Part shown: positions 27,540-36,040 of the stretch, in pieces | How the letters are laid out: each line of letters opens with the position of its first letter | Position numbering within the stretch: position 1 is the stretch's first letter | From: an uncultured Rickettsiales bacterium | GTDB lineage: Bacteria > Pseudomonadota > Alphaproteobacteria > Rickettsiales > SXRF01 | Reading direction: 5' to 3' | Length of the DNA: 64,000 nt | Assembly: GCA_964535825.1 (NCBI GenBank) | Contig: CAZHUC010000003.1 | Location: forward strand, 6,485 to 70,484 | Notes under the pieces: model-generated | Database searches by the model: none | Told to the model about the DNA's origin: nothing | Seen by the model: the letters and a program-made list of their open reading frames with translations, nothing else | Translations under genes and position numbers: made by a program

Positions 27540-29671
27540 ACACAGAGTTAGATAAGGCAAATCTGCCTACCATTCAGTCGCGTCTTTTCTCGTCGCTGGT
27601 ATTGACCGGTGTTGGCATGGCGTTGATCGCAGCACTTGGTATTGGTATTGCGGATATTTTCTCGGCGCGTCGTATGATCGTTGAGAACCTGGTGCATTAC
27701 AGTGAAGCGATGAGCAGGGTATCGGCATATAATATTCAGGATTCTGTAGAACTTGAACAACATCTGAGAGATTTCAGCGGCCAGCCTGGTCTGGAAGTAA
27801 GCTGCATATACAGTGCAGAAAATACCTTGCTTGCGGCATGGCAGTATAACAGTTCGCAAGCAACAAATTCATGCCAGAAGGTCATCGGTAGCACCGGTAT
27901 CAGGGAGACAGTGTTTACCATTACGATCGTTCGGGAGATATTCGACGATAGCAAAAAATATCTTGGGTATATTTACCTGGAGGGTAATTTGCGGCGAATT
28001 GAAAGTTTCGCGATACGCATTGTAGCGACATTGCTTCTGCTTGCGGCGAGTACGGTGGTGTTATGCACCTTCATCGCAAGGCGTGTAGCGCGTCGCATTA
28101 GCCAACCCATGTCGGATATCATCCAGCATATCGAATGCCTGTATTCAGAATCGGAACGGGCGTGCGCTTTGCCGCGCACCTCTGCCACTTATGAAACAGA
28201 AAAACTGCTTGCTGCGATCAATCGTATGCATGAGATGCTGGCATCCACCATGATGCCGCGTGACCAGGTAGACGCCATCATACGCTGGCATGACAGTAAA
28301 ATGGCAGGCTTGCTGGCGTTGCTTAGGAGTCGTCTGTCACAGGATTCCATACTCATCCCATGCCTTACTGATTATACGTTGTTGCTGGAGGTACGAAGAA
28401 CCGGTCATAAACAAAAATCTTCCCCATTTGATATACGCGCGGTTGCAGACCGGGCATTTTCAAGTGCAAAGAAGATACAGCCACCCGGTGAATTATTGCA
28501 TGCGACCCTGTCACTTAAACAGGATATGCCGACCTATTGGCAGGGAGATGCGGAGCAGATAGAAAGTTTGCTCAGGCATTTGATGCTGATCTCACTTAAA
28601 CGTACGCGCAGTGGCATGAGTTGCCTGCGGCTGGAGGCAGGCAAAGGTAAAAATAGTGAATCGATATTGTATTTCTCGCTGGAAGATACAGGTAGCGAAC
28701 TACAAACCATGCAGATTAATCGCTGGATGAAGGAAGCCCTGGCAGGGGCGACAACACTGCAGGAAATAGTCGATATTTCATGGGTAGTGGTGGCACGCAC
28801 GGTGTATACGCTTGGTGGTGAGATCACCTATACAGCGTCTGAAGGGCAGGGACTTTGCCTTTCTGGCTGGTTGCCAATGGCTGTGGCGGAATATGATACG
28901 CCGATCGTAACGAAAAGAAATGCAGCAGCGCAAGGATTGCCACCGCTTATACTCATGGTCGAAGATGATCGTGTGAACCAGCAGACACAACGCGCCCTCT
29001 TTGAAAAGGCCAAATGCCAGATATTCTCTGTAAGTAGCGGGGAACAGGCACTTGAATGGGCGGCGTTGCTGCCTTACTCACTGATCGTGTTAGACCAGAT
29101 ATTACCTGATATGTCAGGTACGCAGGTTGCCGCTAAACTGAACAGCATGATACTCGACAATGTCATGCCGCCGACCCCGATCATCGCCTTGTCGGCAACA
29201 CACACATCACAGCATGGCGATATGTGGCAGAATATGCAGGTGGTGAGTGTTATGACCAAGCCACTTACCAGTGATGCAGTAAAGCGTATATGCCATGGTA
29301 TCCAACCAGCGGATGCGACCTTCTTCGTCAGTATGGGTAGCGATGTTGGCAGGGAGTTACGCACAGTGCTTGGGGCAAAAGCGAGCGGATTGCATGAACA
29401 ATTGTATCAGTATCTTATTGAGTTATGTGATGCGCTGCGATCACCACATCTTGTGCCGGCGGAGGCTGCACAGCGCGTCCATGCTGTGAAGTCAGCCGCG
29501 CTCACACTTGGCTATGACAGGCTTTCTGCCTGTCTTGGCGCGCTGGAATTTACCATGCGATCCGGCGACAGAATATTTATCGAAGAAAATCTCGCAGTGG
29601 TTATTTTTTACCTACAGCAGGCGGCACAGCAGTTTCAGAATCCTGCCCAGCGTGTGGCATTATCATCGTAA
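27536..29671 (+). CDS. Hybrid histidine-kinase-like protein with degenerate ATP-binding boxes, REC and Hpt-like domains
   Basis: Two TM segments flank an extracytoplasmic region. The kinase-like core has a divergent H-region (RWHDSKMAGLL), no N-box Asn (RHLMLISLKRT) and weak G-boxes. A canonical REC follows (LMVEDDRVNQ...IVLDQILPDMSG...TKP), then an Hpt-like C-terminus (VHAVKSAALTLG). The ATGA start overlaps the upstream kinase gene. Confidence 0.7.
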   Translation: MNTELDKANLPTIQSRLFSSLVLTGVGMALIAALGIGIADIFSARRMIVENLVHYSEAMSRVSAYNIQDSVELEQHLRDFSGQPGLEVSCIYSAENTLLAAWQYNSSQATNSCQKVIGSTGIRETVFTITIVREIFDDSKKYLGYIYLEGNLRRIESFAIRIVATLLLLAASTVVLCTFIARRVARRISQPMSDIIQHIECLYSESERACALPRTSATYETEKLLAAINRMHEMLASTMMPRDQVDAIIRWHDSKMAGLLALLRSRLSQDSILIPCLTDYTLLLEVRRTGHKQKSSPFDIRAVADRAFSSAKKIQPPGELLHATLSLKQDMPTYWQGDAEQIESLLRHLMLISLKRTRSGMSCLRLEAGKGKNSESILYFSLEDTGSELQTMQINRWMKEALAGATTLQEIVDISWVVVARTVYTLGGEITYTASEGQGLCLSGWLPMAVAEYDTPIVTKRNAAAQGLPPLILMVEDDRVNQQTQRALFEKAKCQIFSVSSGEQALEWAALLPYSLIVLDQILPDMSGTQVAAKLNSMILDNVMPPTPIIALSATHTSQHGDMWQNMQVVSVMTKPLTSDAVKRICHGIQPADATFFVSMGSDVGRELRTVLGAKASGLHEQLYQYLIELCDALRSPHLVPAEAAQRVHAVKSAALTLGYDRLSACLGALEFTMRSGDRIFIEENLAVVIFYLQQAAQQFQNPAQRVALSS

Positions 29672-30993
29672 TATTCCGTAGGCTCGTAAATCTCTACGCC
29701 GAGCGCTAATTCCTGTGCAGTCAATTTACCTAGTGTGGCCAGTAAGCGGTATGCCTCCAGCCGTACATTCTTTTGCGCCTGTATCTCTGTCACTTGTTGT
29801 GCCAGCAGTTCATTTTGTGCATCAAGCACATCCTGGAATATGCGGACACCTTCCTGGTGTTCCGTTGTGATGCCTTTCAGGGCCTCTTCCGCCGCCACCG
29901 CAGCGCGGTTCGATGTTTCGATCACCTGACGGGAAGCATGGTATCCGTGCCATTGTGTTTCGGTGCGCTCAATGACACTGCGCGCTGTATCCATTTTTTC
30001 CTGCTCCAAGCGGTTGTGGATGGTTTTAGCTTCACGCACACGCGCATATTCCGCACCGCCCTGATAAAGGGGTATGCGCAGATTCAACGTAAGCCTGTCC
30101 TCGCGCACCTTTGAAGAGCCGGCGGATGTCGTACCAAGCTCATCTCCCATACTGCCGCGCAGGCTAAGTGATGGCCAGAGTGAAGACTTGCGGGCGTTGA
30201 TATCGTATTTACTGGCGCGCAGTTCACGCATGGCGATCAGCAGCTCCGGCGCATTCAACGCCTGTTCTTTCGCCGTAGGCAATGAGTCCGGAAGATTGGC
30301 GGGCATGGCAGGGTAATGAAGTGTTTCGGAGGCAAGACCTGTGGCACGTTCGAATGCTGCGCCAGCGATTGCCCATTCTCCCTGCACGCGCGCAAGGCCC
30401 GATTCAGCTTCTGCCAGGCGGCTTTCAGCCTGTGCGATGTCAGTGCGTGTGCCGTCGCCAGCCTTGAAACGTTTTTCTGCACCGTCGCGTTGCTTGCGGA
30501 TATTCTCTACATTCTGGCGGTTCAGGTCCAGAAGCTGTTGCTTCTCGGCGAGATCGAGATATGCAGCGATGGCATCCAGCATCACCTGTTCTTCAGTCAG
30601 CCATAACTGTGCACGGCCAGCGGCGACGCGTTGTTTCGCAGCGCGAAATTCTGCCAATGTACCAAATCCATTGAATATTGGCTGTTCAGCATTGACAGAG
30701 CGCGTCCGTGTATCACCATATGTAAAGCCGGAATCATTGGTTTCACTGCGCCTGCGACCATAATCGATCGAAGCAGACGCATTCGGACGGAAACCGGAAT
30801 AGGCGATCGCCACCCGTTCATCGAGCGTTTTTAGGTCCTCGCGTTCGGCCGAGAGTTTAGGGTCGTTTTCATATACATAGGCGAGGGTACGCACGAAATG
30901 GCTGCGTTCCGGCGGCGGCATATCTATTTCAGCCGCACCTGCTGGCGCATTCATCAATAATGCAGTGAAAACAGATAGATAATATATTCGCAT
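29635..30993 (-). CDS. tolC: TolC-family type I secretion outer-membrane protein
   Basis: Signal peptide, then two OEP repeats with typical TolC motifs (ENDPKL.AER, FRPN.S......R). 452 aa. Confidence 0.88.
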   Translation of the reverse strand: MRIYYLSVFTALLMNAPAGAAEIDMPPPERSHFVRTLAYVYENDPKLSAEREDLKTLDERVAIAYSGFRPNASASIDYGRRRSETNDSGFTYGDTRTRSVNAEQPIFNGFGTLAEFRAAKQRVAAGRAQLWLTEEQVMLDAIAAYLDLAEKQQLLDLNRQNVENIRKQRDGAEKRFKAGDGTRTDIAQAESRLAEAESGLARVQGEWAIAGAAFERATGLASETLHYPAMPANLPDSLPTAKEQALNAPELLIAMRELRASKYDINARKSSLWPSLSLRGSMGDELGTTSAGSSKVREDRLTLNLRIPLYQGGAEYARVREAKTIHNRLEQEKMDTARSVIERTETQWHGYHASRQVIETSNRAAVAAEEALKGITTEHQEGVRIFQDVLDAQNELLAQQVTEIQAQKNVRLEAYRLLATLGKLTAQELALGVEIYEPTEYYDDNATRWAGF

Positions 30994-31243
30994 ATGGTTT
31001 TATAATAGATATTTTCATTTAAATATCAATCAAAAGTTGTTATACGCCGATCTCGCGTTTAAACACTGGAAAAATAGCGGCTATTGTCGCCGGATCGTTA
31101 GAAAAAGGTGACATATGGTTACCATTAGATGCACGCCAGACCGAAAATGCTTGGCTTATAAGAAAGATTGTATTACACATGCACTCCCTGCAAAAAAGCA
31201 GGTGAGTACCCATATATTTTGTATACTATGGTGTTTCTGGTGA

Positions 31244-31320
31244 CGCGGGGTGGAGCAGCCCGGTAGCTCGTTAGGCTCATAACCTAAAGGTCGTCAGTTC
31301 AAATCTGGCCCCCGCAACCA
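31244..31320 (+). tRNA. tRNA-Met (anticodon CAT), initiator-like
   Basis: 77 nt, near-identical in pattern to E. coli tRNA-fMet (cgcggggtggagcagcc.ggtagctcg...ctcataacc...ggtcg.cagttcaaatc.ggcccccgcaacca). It has the C1/A72 mismatch typical of initiators. The anticodon stem has only two of the three canonical G:C pairs. Confidence 0.9.
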
Positions 31321-31324
31321 ACCA
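31276..31324 (+). repeat. attL core (3' part of tRNA-Met plus 4 nt)
   Basis: ctcataacctaaaggtcgtcagttcaaatctggcccccgcaaccaacca is identical to 45315-45363. Confidence 0.9.
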
Positions 31325-31340
31325 GAATATAAAGATAATA

Positions 31341-31367
31341 TAGCCTCCATCGCGAGGCTATTTTTTT
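31341..31367 (+). terminator. Rho-independent terminator-like hairpin downstream of tRNA-Met
   Basis: tagcctc-catcgc-gaggcta followed by ttttttt. Confidence 0.55.
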
Positions 31368-31497
31368 GCCGTTTTTGTTTCAGGTAGGCAATACGTAGGC
31401 GGCAGACGTTATAGCCATCGCTGTAATTTGCATGAACGACTATATAAATTTCACAAGGATGTCCGCCTTTATAAGGTGCGATATCGAAACATTTGAT

Positions 31498-32613
31498 TTA
31501 GTCATATTCTTCTACGCGCGAGAAAAATGGTAACGGTTCTGAAGTTGTATAGCCAGTACGTGCTCCAAATCCTCCGGGAAACCGCTGATACCGACCTTGA
31601 GTAGCATAAACCCTAGCCCCTCGCCGTTTGAATGCGTTAATCACCATTTTTCTAGGATGTGAACTATCATCTTTAGGCGCAGAAACATATGCCGAGAATC
31701 TGGGAGAAGTACCTTCAGGAACAATAGGCCCTAAAAGACGGTTAAGAATCGTGGGGCCAACATTGCGGCGACTGCCGTGATGCGGAATCTGAACAAACAT
31801 AAAGTCTTGAAGGGGAAGACCATTTGTTTCCGCATAATATGCTGCCATCGTTAAGCCCCAATTACCGGCATCTCCTGTCAGTAGGACACGACGCCCTGTT
31901 CCAAAATCCCCGTACAAAATAACACTGCTCTCGTTACTAGCACTAGTAATACCGCCGTCACGTAGCCGTTCTCTATCCCATTTTTCTTCTGTCCAATTTT
32001 GAACTCTAGCAATAGCTTGGTCAAAGATTCTGGCAAGCGTGGATGGTGCCTTTCCTATCCAGAAACCCTTCGTTTCGATTGCTTCTTTATCAGGGTCTGG
32101 TGTGCGGTCGAACTGTGGCAAAAGTATATCATAAACCGCTTTTGAGGGGGAGAGTACCCAGAAGGGACCAATCGCAGTACCAGCAAATGGATAATGAACG
32201 TTTATGTCTCTTTCCACCGCTATTTTGACAAGTTCAGCGAGTAGGTCATATTCCTTCACCAACTTTTGCTGAAGACCAGCGACTGTAAAGCGTTTATCAG
32301 AAAAATAAGGTAATGCCGCCTGAGCTGATGCCCAAGGTAAATGCAGCCAGAAATTCTCAACGTTTAATTTCGTCAATACTTCGCGTAATCCACATGCATG
32401 GTCAGCATCGGCATGAGTTAAAACAACATGAGAAATAATGGCATCAGTTCCAAAAGTCGTATGAATGTGTTCAACAAGCTGTTCACCAGCAGCCGCAGTG
32501 CCGCCGTCAACAATCATTAATTCGTAGGCTTCAGGCGTGCCATATCTAATGACAATAGCATCGCCCGCTTTAGAAGCGTCGCCTACCGGCAAAAATTCGA
32601 TTTCGCAATCCAT
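31498..32613 (-). CDS. ComEC/Rec2-type metallo-beta-lactamase-fold protein (371 aa)
   Basis: MBL motifs in order: MIVDGG, VVLTHADADHACGL (HxDxDH type), LLTGDAG, QIPHHGSRRN. Start is taken at the internal ATG 32613 (MDCEIEF...), 2 nt after the stop of the upstream gene. Confidence 0.75.
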   Translation of the reverse strand: MDCEIEFLPVGDASKAGDAIVIRYGTPEAYELMIVDGGTAAAGEQLVEHIHTTFGTDAIISHVVLTHADADHACGLREVLTKLNVENFWLHLPWASAQAALPYFSDKRFTVAGLQQKLVKEYDLLAELVKIAVERDINVHYPFAGTAIGPFWVLSPSKAVYDILLPQFDRTPDPDKEAIETKGFWIGKAPSTLARIFDQAIARVQNWTEEKWDRERLRDGGITSASNESSVILYGDFGTGRRVLLTGDAGNWGLTMAAYYAETNGLPLQDFMFVQIPHHGSRRNVGPTILNRLLGPIVPEGTSPRFSAYVSAPKDDSSHPRKMVINAFKRRGARVYATQGRYQRFPGGFGARTGYTTSEPLPFFSRVEEYD

Positions 32614-32615
32614 GA

Positions 32616-33482
32616 CTACAACCTGCCTATACCAAAGAGCATGTTGCGTGTTACCGGTGCTGAAGAGGTTGAAATACGCCAAGTACCTCCTGCATCCACG
32701 TCTATAGTGATTTTTCCATCACTTCGGGTAGTAAATACCTTACGGGGGGCTTCAGCAGTTGTTACGCACCCTCTGGTACGGTTCGCGTACCAGTTTACAG
32801 TTTCTTGGGTTGCATGCTCGATACCAGCGTCTGAAATAATGACCGCAGCGGGAATCCAGTTAGTAAATAGCTCTTCATAGCAACCATTCTCACGGCCATG
32901 ATGCGAGGCAACCAACACCGTAGTACCGGCCAAATCCGCCATAAAGCCGGGTTGTCGCATAATCTGTCGCCAGCCTGCTACTTCAAGGTCGCCGGGAAAC
33001 AAAATCTTAAATGCGCCGTACTTTACAAAGGTCGCTATGCTCAGGTTATTGGCATCGGTAAATTGTCCCGGTGCAGTACCATAGGTATTCCAGTAGGAAC
33101 TGTAAGTAACTTGGCCGAAGTCTAAACTTACAGATGCACCACCCGACTGTGCCTCTACCCACTGCAACCAGCTATAAATGTTCTGCACTCCCGGTCCCAT
33201 GCCAAATGCCGCCTTCATGGCGTAAAGTTGGCGGGAACTAATCGTACGATTTCTAATTCTGGCAGCGATATTGCAGTTTTGTGTCAGCCTGACGATATCA
33301 CTCGTATGGTCTTCATCATAGTTGGTATGTATTAAGGCGTCGATTGTTTGACCGCGGAAATGATTTGACGGCCTCCACCCTGTGCTGCTGTTATGCCCAG
33401 CATCAATCATGAGCTTTTTCCCGTTCGGGCAATGAATCATGGCGCATTGGCCATGTTCGACATCGAATATCTCAACGCGCAT
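32616..33482 (-). CDS. ComEC/Rec2-type metallo-beta-lactamase-fold protein, divergent metal motif (288 aa)
   Basis: MBL motifs: MIDAGHN, LIHTNYDEDHTSDI (the second His of HxHxDH is replaced), LFPGDLE, VASHHGRENG. Confidence 0.72.
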   Translation of the reverse strand: MRVEIFDVEHGQCAMIHCPNGKKLMIDAGHNSSTGWRPSNHFRGQTIDALIHTNYDEDHTSDIVRLTQNCNIAARIRNRTISSRQLYAMKAAFGMGPGVQNIYSWLQWVEAQSGGASVSLDFGQVTYSSYWNTYGTAPGQFTDANNLSIATFVKYGAFKILFPGDLEVAGWRQIMRQPGFMADLAGTTVLVASHHGRENGCYEELFTNWIPAAVIISDAGIEHATQETVNWYANRTRGCVTTAEAPRKVFTTRSDGKITIDVDAGGTWRISTSSAPVTRNMLFGIGRL

Positions 33483-33501
33483 CAGTTTTCCTCTTTACCC
33501 T

Positions 33502-34185
33502 TTACTCTTTATACGCATAGGCTTTGAGCATTTCGCCCGCAAAACAACTATAGAACTTAATAAAGCGTACAAGCATCCCCATGCTCAAAATAATTGCAGT
33601 CCATGCCACGATAAGGGCAGTTTCGTCGGTGGCCCCACGAGTAAAGAGCAGTATTGCAGCGACCAAGAAGCTAACGGTCGTGTTTCGGGCAAAGCCATAT
33701 TGGTTTCGGAAGTCATCCATCCGCTTACGGGCATCTTCGTTTTTACGGGCATGTCGGTAAGCCGCATCAAAAATAACGTCAGGATTTGTAGTAATTTGAG
33801 CCTGCGTCAGGCCTTCTTCACGTTGGGCCAGATTGAAAATCTTATTGCGCGTATTTTCTGAAAGTGGGGCATAATACCGTCCAACAAATATGGTGCTTAT
33901 TAGCCAATCAAGCCACCCGGCCTTGTCAGACAATAGAACGGCCGCGGGCGGGCGGAGAATCTTCCGAGCGAAGCACATTTCTATGATAATTGAGGATGGG
34001 ATGGCGATAATCTGCCCAACAATATAGGCTAGGGCTACGGTCAATACGCCCTGCATGAATGTTGGTGTACCGGTTATAAGCAGTGTTCCACCCGTTAAGC
34101 TGTAGTCGAGGGCGAACAGCACCGGTAATCCCGCTGCCAGATACCCGTAAAAATCATAATCTGTGAACGGAAACCACTCTTTCAT
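33502..34185 (-). CDS. Multi-pass membrane protein, hypothetical (227 aa)
   Basis: About four or five hydrophobic segments (aa ~13-30, 43-72, 91-105, 172-188, 193-215) flank a charged helical loop. It is the first gene of the three-gene operon, with a 19-nt gap to the next gene. No family recognised. Confidence 0.65.
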   Translation of the reverse strand: MKEWFPFTDYDFYGYLAAGLPVLFALDYSLTGGTLLITGTPTFMQGVLTVALAYIVGQIIAIPSSIIIEMCFARKILRPPAAVLLSDKAGWLDWLISTIFVGRYYAPLSENTRNKIFNLAQREEGLTQAQITTNPDVIFDAAYRHARKNEDARKRMDDFRNQYGFARNTTVSFLVAAILLFTRGATDETALIVAWTAIILSMGMLVRFIKFYSCFAGEMLKAYAYKE

Positions 34186-34375
34186 CCCGTAGCCTCATAA
34201 AATTTCAATGCGAAAGATATGGGAAGCATAATGAACCTGTACAAGTGCTTAAGCAAAATTGTTTTTGTTAACTATTTGGTTCAGCAGAGGCTTTATACGT
34301 AAAGGCCTATCTTTTAGGCAATTGATTAACCATCTGTTATTGAAATATAAACCATTACACTGTATAGTTATCTGC

Positions 34376-34681
34376 ATGTTGCGCATGTTTTTTACATTAC
34401 TGGTAGTTCTCGGCCTGATGGCATCTCCCGTGCTGGCAGACCAGTGTGCACTCGGGCATGAAGCAGTGTGCGCGGCTTTCGACCATCAGGATACAAACGG
34501 TAACGATAACGAACACGTACAGCATGCAGGCTGCTGCCATGGTATGCAGGCCGAGCGTATCGCGCCTTCATCATTTGACATAAGCCTTACCGCATATACC
34601 ACTTCTATCCCGCGTCACCCGGATGGCCTGATTCCACAGGCTGAACTTGCTCCGCTCTTAGAACCTCCCTCTCACGCTTAA
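34376..34681 (+). CDS. Small exported His/Cys-containing protein upstream of czcCBA (CzcI-like position)
   Basis: Start is taken at ATG 34376 (MLRMFFTLLVVLGLMASPVLA/D signal peptide). The mature part contains HxxxC, CCH and several His. The assignment rests on position only. Confidence 0.45.
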   Translation: MLRMFFTLLVVLGLMASPVLADQCALGHEAVCAAFDHQDTNGNDNEHVQHAGCCHGMQAERIAPSSFDISLTAYTTSIPRHPDGLIPQAELAPLLEPPSHA

Positions 34682-34768
34682 TAACACTTTCGTTGCCTGA
34701 CACGCAGTAGGTGCTTGTGTACCTGCCGCATTGCTCAGGACAGTGTCATTTTAAGCGTGAGAAATAGT

Positions 34769-36040
34769 ATGCGGTCAATTTATTGGATTCTGGGATGTGC
34801 TGTTTTTTATAGCCACCTTGTGGTTGCAGCAGAGCAGCCAACACTGTCATTAGCGGATGCTACCCAGCGAGCACTTGCGGCATCGCCACATATCAAAGCG
34901 TCCGGCGCAGCATTGGAAGCCAGTAAAGGCGAACATCAGCAGGCGGGGGCGTTACCCAACCCGGAACTAGGCGTGGAAGCTGAGAATGTCGCCGGTGGAG
35001 GCCCGTATAGCGGGTTCGACTCGGCGGAAGTGACGCTGGGTGTTTCGCAGCAAATCGAACTGGGTGGCAAGCGCAGCAGCCGGGTGAATATAGCGCAGCA
35101 GAACATGACGCTGGCAGATATGGATAACACTGCTGCACGTCTCACGCTCATCCGCGATGTGACGGTTGCCTATGCCGATGTCGCTGCCGCCGAAGCGCAG
35201 GTCACGCTGGCCGAAGAACAGAAGAAACTGGCCGAAGGCATTCTGCGTAATGTTGCCAAGCGCGTGGAAGCAGCCCGTGACCCATTGATTGAGCGCAGCA
35301 AGGCGCAAGTTGCCATGTCCACCAGCACGATTGCGCTGGATAAGGCGCAGCGGGAATTGACCGTTGCTCGCAAGCGTCTGAATAGCCTATTGGGTGAACA
35401 GAGCAGTGACTACGTGCTGGATAATGAGGCGTTCTTTAACATCACTGAGCCACCAACTTCGGAGGCTTTGGAAAAAGCACTGGCCAAAAATCCCGACATT
35501 GCCCGCTGGCAGGCAGCTATTGCTCGTAGTGAGGCGACATTGGAACTGGAACAGGCAAACGCTGTTCCTGACCCGCGTATCAATGTAGGGGTGCGTGAGT
35601 TTCGGGAGACGAATGACCGGGCTTTTGTGGTGGGGCTTTCCATCCCGATTCCGGTGTTTAACGCCAATCAAGGCAACATCGCTAAGGCCAACGCCGAAGT
35701 AAATCGCACCGGATTTGAAGCATCGCAGGCGAAGGTAACGTTGGGGGCGGAGGCTACGCGGACATCCGAGGAACTGCACTCGGCTTATAGCCAAGCTAAG
35801 ACGCTGAGAGATTCCATCCTGCCTGCGGCGAAGAAAGCCTTTGTATTGGCGCAGGAAGGTTATGATGTGGGCCGTTTCCCGTATCTCGAAGTGCTGGACG
35901 CGCAGCGCACCCTATACGGCGCACGCGAACAGTATCACGCTGCCCTGAAAGAATACCATACCAAACGTGCAGAGCTGGAGCGGCTCACTGCCACCCATCT
36001 GCCTGCATCTGAAATAAAAGAGGTTTCCCATGCGCAATAA
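34769..36040 (+). CDS. czcC: Heavy-metal efflux outer-membrane factor (CzcC/TolC family)
   Basis: Signal peptide from MRSIYWIL, two OEP repeats, and its position first in a CBA-type operon. Confidence 0.85.
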   Translation: MRSIYWILGCAVFYSHLVVAAEQPTLSLADATQRALAASPHIKASGAALEASKGEHQQAGALPNPELGVEAENVAGGGPYSGFDSAEVTLGVSQQIELGGKRSSRVNIAQQNMTLADMDNTAARLTLIRDVTVAYADVAAAEAQVTLAEEQKKLAEGILRNVAKRVEAARDPLIERSKAQVAMSTSTIALDKAQRELTVARKRLNSLLGEQSSDYVLDNEAFFNITEPPTSEALEKALAKNPDIARWQAAIARSEATLELEQANAVPDPRINVGVREFRETNDRAFVVGLSIPIPVFNANQGNIAKANAEVNRTGFEASQAKVTLGAEATRTSEELHSAYSQAKTLRDSILPAAKKAFVLAQEGYDVGRFPYLEVLDAQRTLYGAREQYHAALKEYHTKRAELERLTATHLPASEIKEVSHAQ

